IMG/VR virus record: IMGVR_UViG_3300014205_000007
Location: 1 to 64,000 of that record
DNA from: a virus
Taxonomy: Duplodnaviria; Caudoviricetes
DNA length: 64,000 nt
Strand: one strand, 5' to 3'
A model generated the notes under the pieces. That model saw nothing but the letters and a program-made list of their open reading frames with translations. It searched no databases and was not told the origin of the DNA. Shown one piece after another: positions 35,418 through 45,942 of this stretch (position 1 is the first letter of the stretch; each line of letters begins with the position of its first letter). Position numbers and translations under genes: made by a program.

Positions 35418-38400
35418 TCAGGTCAAGCCTACGCCAGAAATGATCCAGTTGCCGCTGGCGATCTTGAACGCCGTGGCGATGCCGTTGGCGGCCAGGGTAC
35501 GGCTGCCGGTTGTCCCCGCCGCCGCCAATGTCATGGTGTCGGTAGTGATAGCAATAGTGACGGTGTTGATCTGGTTGGTGAAGGTGATCACCGAGCCGAT
35601 GGGATAGCTGACCGACCCGTCAATGGTGAAGGTGCGGGCGTTGTTGTCGGCGGTGGGATGGAGGATGCACTTCTGCGCATCGGCCAATACTGTCGAGTAC
35701 GCGGTGGACTGCGAATTGATCGGGATGCCGGAATAGATCGGAACGCCTTCAACGGCGATGACACCAGCTGCACTACGCGAAATCGTCGTGTCTGACGCGG
35801 CCCCCAACTCAATGGTGCCAGTGGTAATCGACGCCGAAGTACCGACCGAGAAATTCTCCGATGTCGATATGGTCGTGCCGTTGTCGGTCAGACCAGACGC
35901 AGCCAAGGCCGATGTGCCGTTGCCTTTGTAGATCACGTTGGAAGTGAGTGTGGTCAGTCCTGTGCCGCCGTCTGCGACATTCAGAGTTCCCGCCATAGTG
36001 ATCGTGCCGGCGCCGACAATGGGGCCACCGCTGAACGTCAGTCCGGTTGTGCCGCCCGACACATCGACGGAAGTAACCGTGCCAACACCACCAACGGAAA
36101 TCCAACTTGTGGCACCCGATCCATTCGTTGAGAGAACGTAACCGCCCGTTCCTGCATCAGGCGGTAGGGTGAGTGTCGTAGCAGCCGTGGCAGAGTTGGA
36201 GGATTGGATCGTTGCGGGAAAAGCACCCGCCGCGGTGTTGGCGAGAACAAGCTGACCTTGAGAGGTCTGCTGCACTCCCAAAGTCGGGGTGATGGTTAGC
36301 GACGGAACACCAGTTGCGCTGGCATTCAGGACACCCCCGTTTGCCGTCGCAAGCCCTGCAATCACATTAGCAGAGGACGAATAGAGTAGTTGATTGATCG
36401 TCGTCGTTGCCGGATAGGTGGCCGTGGACCAAGCTGGTGTTGTGCTTAATCCAGAAAGAAGGACTTGATTTGCCGTCGCGGTCCCAGCCAGAATGCCAAA
36501 CGCCGAGGCGGTCGAATAAACAATGCCTCCGTTAGACGCAGTGAGGTTGGCGTTGCTGCCCCCGTTAGCCAACGGTAGCACGCCTGAAACATCCGTGGTG
36601 AGCACCACGGCTCCAAATGTCGGAGCCCCCGCAGCGTTGCCGTGCAGAACCGTCGTCGTGGTGCCCAGTGACCCAAGAGTCGCCGGGGCCGTTGCTGCGC
36701 CTCCGCCCAAAACCAACTGGTTCGCAACAAGCAGCGCAGATGACGTGATCGCGGATGTGGATGAGAAGTACGGAATCCCACCCGAGGTGGCCGATGTCGG
36801 ATAGGATATGACCGCCCAGGACGGCGTTGTGGATGATCCAGACAGAAGCGGTAGGCTGGCCGTCGCCGTCCCGGAAAGAATTGCTCCAGCAGAGGCCGTC
36901 GAATAGAAAATACCACCGTCTGACGCCGTCAGATTGGCGTTAGTCCCGCCTCTCGCCAGAGAAAGCTGTCCGGTCCACCCCGCAGTAATGGATGTGGCTC
37001 TCAGGAGAGATGTTGCCGGCGTTCCCCCAAGGGTCAAGGTGACATTGGTGTCGTCGCCATTGGTCAAGGCGGCTCCAGTAATGTCCCCTCCAGAAATCGT
37101 CGCCCACGCAGGAGCAGCAGAAACAGCTCCCGTGCCGGTTTGGCTCAAGTACTGCTTGACCGCCGTCGTATTGCCGGAAAGCTTTGAAAGGGTATTGGCG
37201 GCCGAGGCATAAAGCGTATCCCCGAGCGCATAGGTGCTTTGAGCCGTACCACCCCTAGCCTCAGACAGCGTGCCAGTCCACCCAAGGGTCAATGACGCCG
37301 CGGCCAGAAGCGCCGTGCTGGGCGAACCTCCCAAGGCCAGGGTGACATTCGTATCGTCGGTCTTGGTCAGTGCCGACCCGGTGACGGTTAGATTGCCGGT
37401 CGTCGCACTCAATGCAAGAGGAGACGATGCCGAAACCGCAAAGGTACCCGAGGCATCAGGGAGTGTTAAGGTAGGGCTACCTGCCGTTGCTTGCGGCGTA
37501 ATCAGAACCGTCCCGGATGTATTCCCCGTTAGAGCTAGAGTTCCAAGAGTTGTGCCGGCGATTCCAAGAGTGGGAGTCGCTGTCGCTGTAATTGTATTGG
37601 CCGTCCCCGAGGCGAGGATCGTCCCCGCGGCGCTGGTTGCAGGGTAGGTTGATGTGGACCATGATGGAGCACTGGACGCCCCGGATCGAACGATCTGTCC
37701 TGCCGTCGCCGTCCCGGAAAGAATATCCAAAGCCGAGGCAGTAGAGTAGACTATTCCCCCGATGGATGCGGTTAAATTCGCATTCGTACCACCAACGGCG
37801 AGCGGGATTTGCGCATATTCCCCTAGGACGCCGCTATTGTCGTAGAGCACCCGCGTATTGGTGCCGGACGCAACCGTCGTTGACCCAACCACCAGATTGA
37901 CCGCTGCACCAGAGGCTGGAGCCCAACTGGAGACACCAGACCCATTGGTGGTGAGCACATAGCCACTGGTGCCAGCCGAAACCGGCAGTGTCAGAGTCCA
38001 CGCCGCCGACGCGCTGTTGGAGGATTGCAGCGTCGTTGCAAAGGCTCCAACAGCCGTATTGGCGAAGATAATTTGCCCTTGCGAAGACTGCTGTATGCCG
38101 AGTGTTGGGGCAATCGTCGCAGTAATCGTGTTGGCCGCTCCGGAGGCAAGAACGGTTCCAGCCCCTGAGGTTGATGGGTAGGTCGATGTTGACCAGGATG
38201 GGGCCGCCGACGTTCCAGACAACAGGGCTTGACTGGCTGTGGCAGTCCCGGAAAGAATGGCCGCAGCCGACGCCGTGGAGTAAAAAATTCCCCCGTTGGA
38301 AGCGGTCAACGCGGCGTTGGTGCCTCCGTTGGCCAGTGGCAATATAGAGCTTCCGACCGCCGCCGATTGTGAAAGATCGATAGACCCAAACGCCAGGGAT

Positions 38401-39044
38401 GTTCCGCCAGCTCCCAAACGAAGAATTTGATAAGCGCTGCCAGAAAGCGACGTGCCTAGCGCCGTGCTTCCAGTGGTATTTGCTGCTATCGAGTAGGCAT
38501 TAAGCGTAATTGATGCGTTGACCCATTCAGTGTCGTAGTTGGTGTCGGACGCCTTGGCGAGAAACTGACTGGTCGTGCCTCCAGCGGGGACATTTCCAGT
38601 TGCCAGTCCAAGGGCGGACGGCGAAACCTTATATGTCAATCCGTCCGCAGCGTGATAGATCGGAATGCCGTCCGCCACGAGATTTGGAATGGATAGCGCG
38701 GTCATGCCCGCAATCGCCTTCATGGCGTTGGGGAATGTGACCTTCTGCGAGGTATTGGAGCCAGCCACATAATTGATGGCAAAGCTATCGTCCACCGCCA
38801 TGCTTGGATTGGCGGATAGATCGTTGACATCGAGATATAGGGTAAGCCCAGAAGACAAAAGACCGCCACCCGCCAGCCCAGGGCCAGTGTTGAGCACTGT
38901 TGATGTGGGGAGGAACCCAGAGGCAAGCCCCCCAATCAGTGCCGTAGTCACGCGCTTGGTTGTGCCGCCCTGAACAATAGGGGCATATTCCGTGCCATCA
39001 AGTCCAATGGCGATGGGGAGCTGGAGGATGTTAGTGTTGGACAC
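35418..39044 (-). CDS. Long repetitive tail fibre (1208 aa)
   Basis: Several copies of LPLANGGTNA.LTAS.GGI.YSTASA..ILSGTATA; T/S/A/G-rich. Confidence 0.85.
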   Translation of the reverse strand: MSNTNILQLPIAIGLDGTEYAPIVQGGTTKRVTTALIGGLASGFLPTSTVLNTGPGLAGGGLLSSGLTLYLDVNDLSANPSMAVDDSFAINYVAGSNTSQKVTFPNAMKAIAGMTALSIPNLVADGIPIYHAADGLTYKVSPSALGLATGNVPAGGTTSQFLAKASDTNYDTEWVNASITLNAYSIAANTTGSTALGTSLSGSAYQILRLGAGGTSLAFGSIDLSQSAAVGSSILPLANGGTNAALTASNGGIFYSTASAAAILSGTATASQALLSGTSAAPSWSTSTYPSTSGAGTVLASGAANTITATIAPTLGIQQSSQGQIIFANTAVGAFATTLQSSNSASAAWTLTLPVSAGTSGYVLTTNGSGVSSWAPASGAAVNLVVGSTTVASGTNTRVLYDNSGVLGEYAQIPLAVGGTNANLTASIGGIVYSTASALDILSGTATAGQIVRSGASSAPSWSTSTYPATSAAGTILASGTANTITATATPTLGIAGTTLGTLALTGNTSGTVLITPQATAGSPTLTLPDASGTFAVSASSPLALSATTGNLTVTGSALTKTDDTNVTLALGGSPSTALLAAASLTLGWTGTLSEARGGTAQSTYALGDTLYASAANTLSKLSGNTTAVKQYLSQTGTGAVSAAPAWATISGGDITGAALTNGDDTNVTLTLGGTPATSLLRATSITAGWTGQLSLARGGTNANLTASDGGIFYSTASAGAILSGTATASLPLLSGSSTTPSWAVISYPTSATSGGIPYFSSTSAITSSALLVANQLVLGGGAATAPATLGSLGTTTTVLHGNAAGAPTFGAVVLTTDVSGVLPLANGGSNANLTASNGGIVYSTASAFGILAGTATANQVLLSGLSTTPAWSTATYPATTTINQLLYSSSANVIAGLATANGGVLNASATGVPSLTITPTLGVQQTSQGQLVLANTAAGAFPATIQSSNSATAATTLTLPPDAGTGGYVLSTNGSGATSWISVGGVGTVTSVDVSGGTTGLTFSGGPIVGAGTITMAGTLNVADGGTGLTTLTSNVIYKGNGTSALAASGLTDNGTTISTSENFSVGTSASITTGTIELGAASDTTISRSAAGVIAVEGVPIYSGIPINSQSTAYSTVLADAQKCILHPTADNNARTFTIDGSVSYPIGSVITFTNQINTVTIAITTDTMTLAAAGTTGSRTLAANGIATAFKIASGNWIISGVGLT

Positions 39045-40892
39045 TTAGCTTCCCCACGTCAAAACGGTGCCAGGGAGATCGGCTGCCGTAATTTGCACCG
39101 CCGCACCCACAAGTCCCTGCATATCTGCGCCAAGTTCGCAAAGAACGGGCCGACATATCTGAACTGTTCCGCTTGCTCCACCTTTCTGAACGCCGAAGTA
39201 TATCGTTCCTGACGCCGGGTAAAGAAAGACGCACGACTTGAATTGCCACGCCGAATTACTTTCAAATGACGACGAATTTACAATCGAGTTGGCGTACATC
39301 CACACAGCCCCATCATCTGACGTATACGGCCCCTTGACCCAAGCGCCAAACACACAATACTTACCAGAAAGTCCATTATATGTGCTTGTATCTACGGTAA
39401 AGCCGTATACGTCAGATGATCCTGATGATAAAAGCTCTAGCTCCCATACTGGGGTCGGAGCATAAGGAAACGCGACGCTTGATTGACGCCAAACGCCGCC
39501 GCCAGAGGCGGCCACCACCCCCCACAGGCTGAGGTCAACATTGGCTAGATTGATGGATTCCAGGCCAGCGTCACGAACGCTTAGTGGAAAAACACCGTAG
39601 TTGATAACAGACAATGATACGGGGGTCACTTCGAATGGCCTCGAAAACCCCATGTTGGAGGCCGACTGCACGTTTGTAATTGCCCCATAGGACGGGGACT
39701 TTCCCGCGTCGTTCCCATAAACACGCAACAAGGGCCTCACCTCCGTTGTCCTGTTGCCAAATACTGTCAAGGCATCGCTTCCAGGGACAAATGCAAAACA
39801 TTCTATGGCAGTGGAGGACGTGCTACAGCAGGTTATGCTGCCCTGACATGGAAACGCCGCGGCTATGGTTGTCATCGAGGCAGCGCCGTTGATGATGATG
39901 TCGGCCTTTATGTTGACAGTTGTCGGCGACGTAAAGGTGTGCCCAACAGATGCATTGGCCTCGAAGTAACAAGTATCTACCGAAAACCCACGCACGTTTC
40001 CTGATAGGAATATTCCTCCCGCATCACAGTGCTCCGCCAGACATTCATTAAACTTGATTGCAAAGCATTCGGTAATGCGGAATCCGAACCCCGTCACCAT
40101 CAACGCCTTGACGCTAGACAGCAGCACTTCATTGGCTTGATCTGGCAATGTTAGGCCATCTCCTGTAAGGCTAATCATGTCGATGTCATCAAATACCGAA
40201 CAGAACGCCCAACCAACGTAGATGCCAGAAACTGTCGTCCCCGTGACCCGTAAAGACCGATAGGTGCCGTGAGCAGCGTATCGGATATATATGCCATACT
40301 GAGCCACACCGGCCCCATCAAAGGTCATCCCAACAATCTCAATGTTTTCGTGCCGCCCCCCAGACGTAGCCGCAAGCCCTTCAAGGATTTTAGTCACGCC
40401 TACGGACGCGGTTATATTGGAACGGCGCTTGCCATCTCCGAACAGTTTTATGCCTGTTGTGGCAAGCGCCGTTCCAATGGTTAAATTGGATGAGATCAGG
40501 TAACTGCCCGCTGGAAAATATATGGCGGGCCTTATGGATAAGGATATAACGTAATCAATAGCGGCCTGAATCGCTGCCGTGTCGTCAGTTACACCATCGC
40601 CCACGGCGCCAAAGTCTTTAACTGAATATACATCGGCGCATTTTCCCTGCCATGTCCGTGTCGCACCCGACGCTTGTGTAAATCCCTGATAGGAGGGAGC
40701 GGCGTCCCCGTTCCCAATAATGGCGTACCCTTCTGTGCCCCGCGGGAAGTTGACCAGCGAGGCAGGCAGAAGGTCGGCCACCTGTTGCGTCGTACATTGT
40801 GTCGTAATCTCGCCCTTGACCACAGCAAGGCGCTCGGTGCCATCCAGAACACCGGCCGGGGGCAGTTGCGTAATCTTGATTGCACCGGCCAT
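39045..40892 (-). CDS. Tailspike with a pectate-lyase-like beta-helix
   Basis: SVKDFGAVGDGVTDDTAAIQAAID..IYFPAGSYLI. Confidence 0.88.
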   Translation of the reverse strand: MAGAIKITQLPPAGVLDGTERLAVVKGEITTQCTTQQVADLLPASLVNFPRGTEGYAIIGNGDAAPSYQGFTQASGATRTWQGKCADVYSVKDFGAVGDGVTDDTAAIQAAIDYVISLSIRPAIYFPAGSYLISSNLTIGTALATTGIKLFGDGKRRSNITASVGVTKILEGLAATSGGRHENIEIVGMTFDGAGVAQYGIYIRYAAHGTYRSLRVTGTTVSGIYVGWAFCSVFDDIDMISLTGDGLTLPDQANEVLLSSVKALMVTGFGFRITECFAIKFNECLAEHCDAGGIFLSGNVRGFSVDTCYFEANASVGHTFTSPTTVNIKADIIINGAASMTTIAAAFPCQGSITCCSTSSTAIECFAFVPGSDALTVFGNRTTEVRPLLRVYGNDAGKSPSYGAITNVQSASNMGFSRPFEVTPVSLSVINYGVFPLSVRDAGLESINLANVDLSLWGVVAASGGGVWRQSSVAFPYAPTPVWELELLSSGSSDVYGFTVDTSTYNGLSGKYCVFGAWVKGPYTSDDGAVWMYANSIVNSSSFESNSAWQFKSCVFLYPASGTIYFGVQKGGASGTVQICRPVLCELGADMQGLVGAAVQITAADLPGTVLTWGS

Positions 40893-40903
40893 GCTATATT
40901 CCC

Positions 40904-41143
40904 TTAGCTTGACGGACGCATAGAGCCGTTTGTATCGGCTCCCGCGCTGTTTGCACGAGAAGAGCGCTTCTGCTCTGCGTCGCGCATGGCAACGCTTACT
41001 CGCTCCGCCAAGACAACCGCCGCCCCGGCGCCTTGCAGTCCAACGGCCTTTACGGCGGCATCAAGGAGATTGATTAATGCCTGCGCCTCCTCAACGCTAT
41101 AATCAACGCGCACATCACGTACTTGTACGTCCATTGACATCAC
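40904..41143 (-). CDS. Small helical protein (possible fibre chaperone)
   Basis: EEAQALINLLDAAVKAVGLQ. Confidence 0.6.
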   Translation of the reverse strand: MMSMDVQVRDVRVDYSVEEAQALINLLDAAVKAVGLQGAGAAVVLAERVSVAMRDAEQKRSSRANSAGADTNGSMRPSS

Positions 41144-41247
41144 TCATTCCTCTCGTGTTCTCTAAATGGCTGAAACAAAATTTGGCCTCGGCTACCAGAG
41201 CGGCATGTCGGGTCATCGCCGCCTTTTCATTGATTGACGACCACCCC

Positions 41248-42240
41248 CTAAGCCGCGTTTTTGATGATGGCATAGTTATATGTGGACGTGTCCGTAGACC
41301 CGGCCGCAACGGTAAACCCAACGCCGGCCGTGATGGTCATAACCGTAGGTGCGGTCACAATCACCCCCCCGACGGTGTTGAGTGAAATAACAATGGCGTC
41401 CGTCACCGCAACCGTGGTGTTGCTCACGACAACAGGAGTGATGCCCGTTGCTACAAACGTGCCGACACGTCCATTTGCGCCCTGTTTAAGAATCGGACCC
41501 GCCGCCGCAACCGTATATGTCGTGGACGCGGAAACAGAAACAAGTGGAGTCACCACCGACGTCGCCGCAAAAACACTGCGCGGTCGCGTTGCACCACTGG
41601 CGCCGATATCATAGGTATTGTCGGCAAAGGCGATAAAATTACCTCCTCCGGTGACTTGCCATCGCGCCGTATTGTTATTTTGCAATGTTATTACTGCGGT
41701 CCCACTAGCGGCAAGGATCATATTGCGAGCAACGCCGGTCCCACTATTCGATGTGCCGATGAAAAACTCATTCCCCACCCACGAAAAAACTCCCCGCTCA
41801 TAGTTGGCGCCAGCGCCCGAGTAAGTATTATAAATGCGGAGCGTTTGTGCATTCGTTCCGTTGCGTACAGCAAGCACGTTAGCAGCATCGCGGGCTAAAA
41901 ACAGATCGGTAGACCATCCCAGAGTATTGGTTGACCCAAGCGCCTGATCGGCCGTAAACGTCTGAGCAATGGACACCCCCGCCAATGTTGTTGATGTGGC
42001 AGGCAACGTCATCGTTGTGGAGTCCGTCCCAGAAAACGTAAGGGATTGCGTAATCGTAAGTGTTTTCCCGGCAGATATCGATAATGCCGACGTGGCCGTC
42101 CCCAGCAAATACGTCCTGAGCGCCACGTTTTGATAGATCAACGGCGTCGCTGCGGCTTGACTAGCGGCCCCAAAAAAGTAATTACTGTCCGTTAGTCCGG
42201 ACGTTACGGGCGTCGCCGTCTTAAAGTCAAACGTTGCCAT
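41248..42240 (-). CDS. Fibre-like structural protein
   Basis: LARDAANVLA.RNGTNAQ, DNTYDIGASGATRPR; C-terminus paralogous to 44430-45932. Confidence 0.75.
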   Translation of the reverse strand: MATFDFKTATPVTSGLTDSNYFFGAASQAAATPLIYQNVALRTYLLGTATSALSISAGKTLTITQSLTFSGTDSTTMTLPATSTTLAGVSIAQTFTADQALGSTNTLGWSTDLFLARDAANVLAVRNGTNAQTLRIYNTYSGAGANYERGVFSWVGNEFFIGTSNSGTGVARNMILAASGTAVITLQNNNTARWQVTGGGNFIAFADNTYDIGASGATRPRSVFAATSVVTPLVSVSASTTYTVAAAGPILKQGANGRVGTFVATGITPVVVSNTTVAVTDAIVISLNTVGGVIVTAPTVMTITAGVGFTVAAGSTDTSTYNYAIIKNAA

Positions 42241-42296
42241 TGCCCATTTTCCCCAAAATTTAGATCAAGTAGATCACGCGGCACAAAGGCACCCCG

Positions 42297-42854
42297 TCAG
42301 GGGTTTGGCTCATAGTTAAGAGGATTCCCATCGCCCGCCTCGGTGACGATAATATCCCCACCCGTTTCCACCCCCCACCTAAATTCATCAACGCCCCACA
42401 CCATAATCAGATCGATCCACTCAAACATCAAGGAATCAACACCAGTTAAAAAATAGTACGCCGACTCCTCGACGACCGTGTCCTCTCCCTGTACTGTTGG
42501 ACTAGCAGGATTCGGTACGGAGGTAATTAAATCTTCTCCTAACTGCGTGTCGATGATCGAGCCGCTTTCCGTAGTCAGCCAATTGGTTTCATCGACTGCG
42601 TATGGCTCGGGGTATGTATTCATCAACGGCGGTGGGTCGGGCGGTAGAATAAGGAGCTTGAATTGGTAAGCTAGGCCATCGTAACAACGCGGACAGACGT
42701 ATACGTTGAGGTTCTGAGGCGAAGACCCGCCAACGAAGTCGTACTGGTAGCGCATGCGAATCTGAGAAGTGACCCATCCGCAACGAAAACAGGTCACCCA
42801 AGGACCGTCTGCAGGGTTGTTCGTCGCTTGTTTCGGATGGGGCCGGTGCGCCAT
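42297..42854 (-). CDS. Zn-finger virion protein with an acidic C-terminal extension
   Basis: CFRCG..VCPRCYD..LPPDPPP followed by LTTESG-type repeats. Confidence 0.7.
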   Translation of the reverse strand: MAHRPHPKQATNNPADGPWVTCFRCGWVTSQIRMRYQYDFVGGSSPQNLNVYVCPRCYDGLAYQFKLLILPPDPPPLMNTYPEPYAVDETNWLTTESGSIIDTQLGEDLITSVPNPASPTVQGEDTVVEESAYYFLTGVDSLMFEWIDLIMVWGVDEFRWGVETGGDIIVTEAGDGNPLNYEPNP

Positions 42855-43666
42855 CAGAACTTCCTCCCGTGAGCCTTTAGCGCGGACTGTCTCGCCGCGT
42901 GGGCTTCTTCTGGGGTATCAAAAATCCCAAGATGCAAATTCTTGCGTTTTTCTCGTGTTCCAATGCTTAGCCTAGCGCGCCAGCGGCCCGTAAACTTACC
43001 CTCGCTGTAGTGGGGATGGACACCACGGTATGGATTATTTCCTCCGCGTCCCGCTCCATAAAGCGCCTTGCGCAATTGTTCATCGGCATTGCTGGCATCC
43101 TCTTCATATAGGAACACGTAACCGCCCAAGGTACGCCTATACCGCTTGCGTTGGCACATCTCCACAATAGCACCGTGATTCTGATCGTAGGCGTCCGCCG
43201 CTACCCGAATGCTATCGTAAACCTTCCCGTCGTTTAGGCAAACAACACGACGCGCCATAGCCTTGGGCCCCAAGCGCGCGTATTGCATAAACCTCTCTTT
43301 ATTGCGCAGTCCTTCTTCCCTGAGACGGGCTCGTTCTTCATCAGATGTCATCTTCGGGTGGTATCCTTGGCCGCCCTTGGTCGCGTTGTACTCTGGATGC
43401 ATTTCTTTAATTAGGTCTTGCTCCAGACGCGCGGCGTCCAAAACATCATCCGCCTCAACCAATACCGACCAATCAAAGGCGTTAGCTGGGTGGTCCCGTA
43501 AGGCCTTACAGAATATCCCGTAAGCGTGCCCATTTTTTGCAGCCCGGTAGTGGCCACGACGACGCTTATCTAGAGTTTGCGTCGTAACCCCGATGTAGCG
43601 TTCCTTTGTGAGGCAGTTCACCGCAAGATAAACTATGGCCGGTCGGCCAGGAGAAAACTTTGGCAT
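42854..43666 (-). CDS. GIY-YIG homing endonuclease with NUMOD1-like and AP2-like domains
   Basis: IVYLAVN...RYIGVT, PEYN, VVCLNDGKVYDSIRVAA, YRGV..WRAR..HLGIFDTPEEA. Confidence 0.88.
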   Translation of the reverse strand: MPKFSPGRPAIVYLAVNCLTKERYIGVTTQTLDKRRRGHYRAAKNGHAYGIFCKALRDHPANAFDWSVLVEADDVLDAARLEQDLIKEMHPEYNATKGGQGYHPKMTSDEERARLREEGLRNKERFMQYARLGPKAMARRVVCLNDGKVYDSIRVAADAYDQNHGAIVEMCQRKRYRRTLGGYVFLYEEDASNADEQLRKALYGAGRGGNNPYRGVHPHYSEGKFTGRWRARLSIGTREKRKNLHLGIFDTPEEAHAARQSALKAHGRKF

Positions 43667-43684
43667 GCACTCCATATAGCACAG

Positions 43685-43699
43685 GAACGCACGGGGAAC
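43685..43699 (-). promoter_or_regulatory. Putative alphaproteobacterial LexA box overlapping the promoter of the GIY-YIG gene
   Basis: GTTC-cccgtgc-GTTC on the minus strand, within ttgttc...tgctatat, ~20 bp upstream of the ATG. Confidence 0.55.
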
Positions 43700-43734
43700 A
43701 AGCGTATGGAGTGAGTTTTCCATAAAGTTTCTAT

Positions 43735-44427
43735 CTATCGGAAATAATTCGAGAACGTCGGCATTATTGCGACGCTGACTCCGTCCTCCGTATCGGTCGA
43801 GGATGCGTCTCTCCAAGCGTCGAGATAGTCCTGCTTCCTTTGTGCCTCCAAGTCCCGTGCGTAAATACGAGCGAGCCTATGAGCAAGGCCAGCCACGTAC
43901 ACGTCAAGGAATCGATAAGGCATATCCAGCGTGACACCGGAGGCTATGGCCGTATCCTGTATCTGGGACAGGATACGGACATTCAGGGTATAGGTTGCGG
44001 TCCCATCTGGAACGGGCCACATGGTAATAGTCGGATTGATCGTTTTCTGGCAGTAGTAGGACGTAGGAACAGCTTGCAGCGTTTTATTGCTTTGACTGTC
44101 GTAGTCCTGCGCCGAAAGAGGCCACATCAGCCGATCCGTCGTAACGCCATTTGAGTTCACCGACATATACACATCACGTATGGCGATAAATCGATCAGGA
44201 AGTGTATATGTCGCCGTTCCCTGAACAAGAGTTATGGGATATACTTCCTGACGCCAAAGGTTCGGCTGGAGATTTCCTAAACCAACCTGCACCAGATTGC
44301 TCTCCACATCAGCATCCGTCATATGCTGAGAGGTGATCTCCGTTCTACGAATTCCAATGCGCGCATAGGCGCTCATCACCAGATTGGATATCGCGGGATT
44401 GAATGCGTAAGTTGAACTCGATGTCAT
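43735..44427 (-). CDS. Second adaptor / tail tubular A-like protein
   Basis: SSTYAFNP, QPNLW, LVQGTATYTLP, MWPVPD, MPYRFLD..GLAHRLA. Confidence 0.8.
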   Translation of the reverse strand: MTSSSTYAFNPAISNLVMSAYARIGIRRTEITSQHMTDADVESNLVQVGLGNLQPNLWRQEVYPITLVQGTATYTLPDRFIAIRDVYMSVNSNGVTTDRLMWPLSAQDYDSQSNKTLQAVPTSYYCQKTINPTITMWPVPDGTATYTLNVRILSQIQDTAIASGVTLDMPYRFLDVYVAGLAHRLARIYARDLEAQRKQDYLDAWRDASSTDTEDGVSVAIMPTFSNYFR

Positions 44428-44429
44428 GG

Positions 44430-45932
44430 CTAGGCCGCGTTTTTGATGATGGCATAGTTATACGTCGATGTATCGGCAGCCCCGGCAGCAACCGTAAACC
44501 CTGACGCGCCCGTAATCGTAACGATATAGGGTGCCCCAGAAATCGTGCCGCCGACCGTATTCAGCGAGATGGCAATCGCGTCCGTTACGGCTATGCTCGT
44601 GTTGTTCACCGTAACAGGAGTCGCTCCGTTGGCCACGAATGTCCCCACTCGCCCATTGGCGCCCTGCTTGAGTGTTGGGCCGGATGCCGCAACGGAGAAT
44701 ATGGTGTTTCCCGCAAACGTCTGATTGCCCGTGAATGATTGAGCCGCGTCGGTGCGCGCGATGGTCGCCGACGTGCTCGGAAACGTCATCGCCGTACTGT
44801 CTGTTCCAGACAGAGTCAAACTGTTGCTTGCCGTCAGGGTTTTTCCGTTGGCTATCGTCAAGGTCGATCCAACCGACGGAGGAGTGATAACGACCTTGTT
44901 GACGGTTCCTAAGACGCTGAGCGACGAAATTGGAGCGATTATAGCCCCCGTTCCGACATTGAGCGTGGGAGCGAAACCGTATCCCGTACTGGAGTACCCG
45001 ACAAGGCCATAAGCAAACAGGCCAGCCCCGGTCACGGCCGGGACAGCGGTCGTGGAAATGTCTACTGTCCCCAGAGCCGAAACTGACGAGCTATTGGTCG
45101 TCAGCACTGGGACGGTGCTCGTCGTATAGCGGATATCGGTTCCGATATAGGAAGCGGAATTGGCAACCTGCACGGAGCCATCTACAGTATCCAACGTGTG
45201 AACAAACGAAACGGCGCCGCCGATATTTAGAGAGACGTTGTCCAGGTTATCTGCGATCCGTGCCGATATGTCCTCCCAGATGATCGAGCCCGCCGACCCG
45301 GAAGACGACGTGAAAACGGTTGCCCCTCCAGAGCTGTTGATAACATTAAACGACCCATCCTCGGCCTCGAATTGGGTCAAGGCATTCGTCGCCGTATAAT
45401 TTACAGCATTCGTTGCCCCGCTCTGGGCATCTATATGAACATCATGCACATCGAGCTTTGTCGCGTTGCTCCCCGATATCGTCAGAATGGCACCAGATGT
45501 CCCCTGGAGGTCAAGGGAATGCAGATAAACCGTACCGGAGTACGCCGCCGTCATGTTCCCCGTGACATAGACGCTGCGCGCCTGCTGCCCCTGGATTGAA
45601 ACGCCGGCCTTTAGGGTGACGTTCTCGACGTAGTTTCCCGGTGCAACGTCAATTGTCGTGCCGCTGGTGGCCGCCGTTATCGCTGCCCCGATGGTGAGAA
45701 ACGGATTGGCGATGTCCCCGGCGTTGGTGTCGTTTCCGTTCTTGGCGACATAGAACAGCCCCGTCTGAGGGATTGACGACCGTGGCGCAAGGCTCCCAAG
45801 CGTAGACGTTACGTAGGTATTGACCTGGCTCGCCGTCACCTTGACGTTTGCCCCGGATTGAACGCCAGCGACAAGCTCGACCCCGGTGAGGGCCGATGCT
45901 GCGGGCATTCCTGAGATTTTGGTATCCGACAA
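44430..45932 (-). CDS. Fibre/spike protein with a beta-helix-like domain
   Basis: TTG start; DTKISGMP N-terminus; YVAKNGNDTNAG..PFLTI.AA..VAPGNY.E. Confidence 0.75.
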   Translation of the reverse strand: MSDTKISGMPAASALTGVELVAGVQSGANVKVTASQVNTYVTSTLGSLAPRSSIPQTGLFYVAKNGNDTNAGDIANPFLTIGAAITAATSGTTIDVAPGNYVENVTLKAGVSIQGQQARSVYVTGNMTAAYSGTVYLHSLDLQGTSGAILTISGSNATKLDVHDVHIDAQSGATNAVNYTATNALTQFEAEDGSFNVINSSGGATVFTSSSGSAGSIIWEDISARIADNLDNVSLNIGGAVSFVHTLDTVDGSVQVANSASYIGTDIRYTTSTVPVLTTNSSSVSALGTVDISTTAVPAVTGAGLFAYGLVGYSSTGYGFAPTLNVGTGAIIAPISSLSVLGTVNKVVITPPSVGSTLTIANGKTLTASNSLTLSGTDSTAMTFPSTSATIARTDAAQSFTGNQTFAGNTIFSVAASGPTLKQGANGRVGTFVANGATPVTVNNTSIAVTDAIAISLNTVGGTISGAPYIVTITGASGFTVAAGAADTSTYNYAIIKNAA

Positions 45933-45942
45933 GGTGAAGCCC

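Noticed and set aside
41248-44700. Diversity-generating retroelement TR/VR pair
   Set aside because: Differences between the repeats are mostly synonymous and not adenine-specific; no reverse transcriptase in the window
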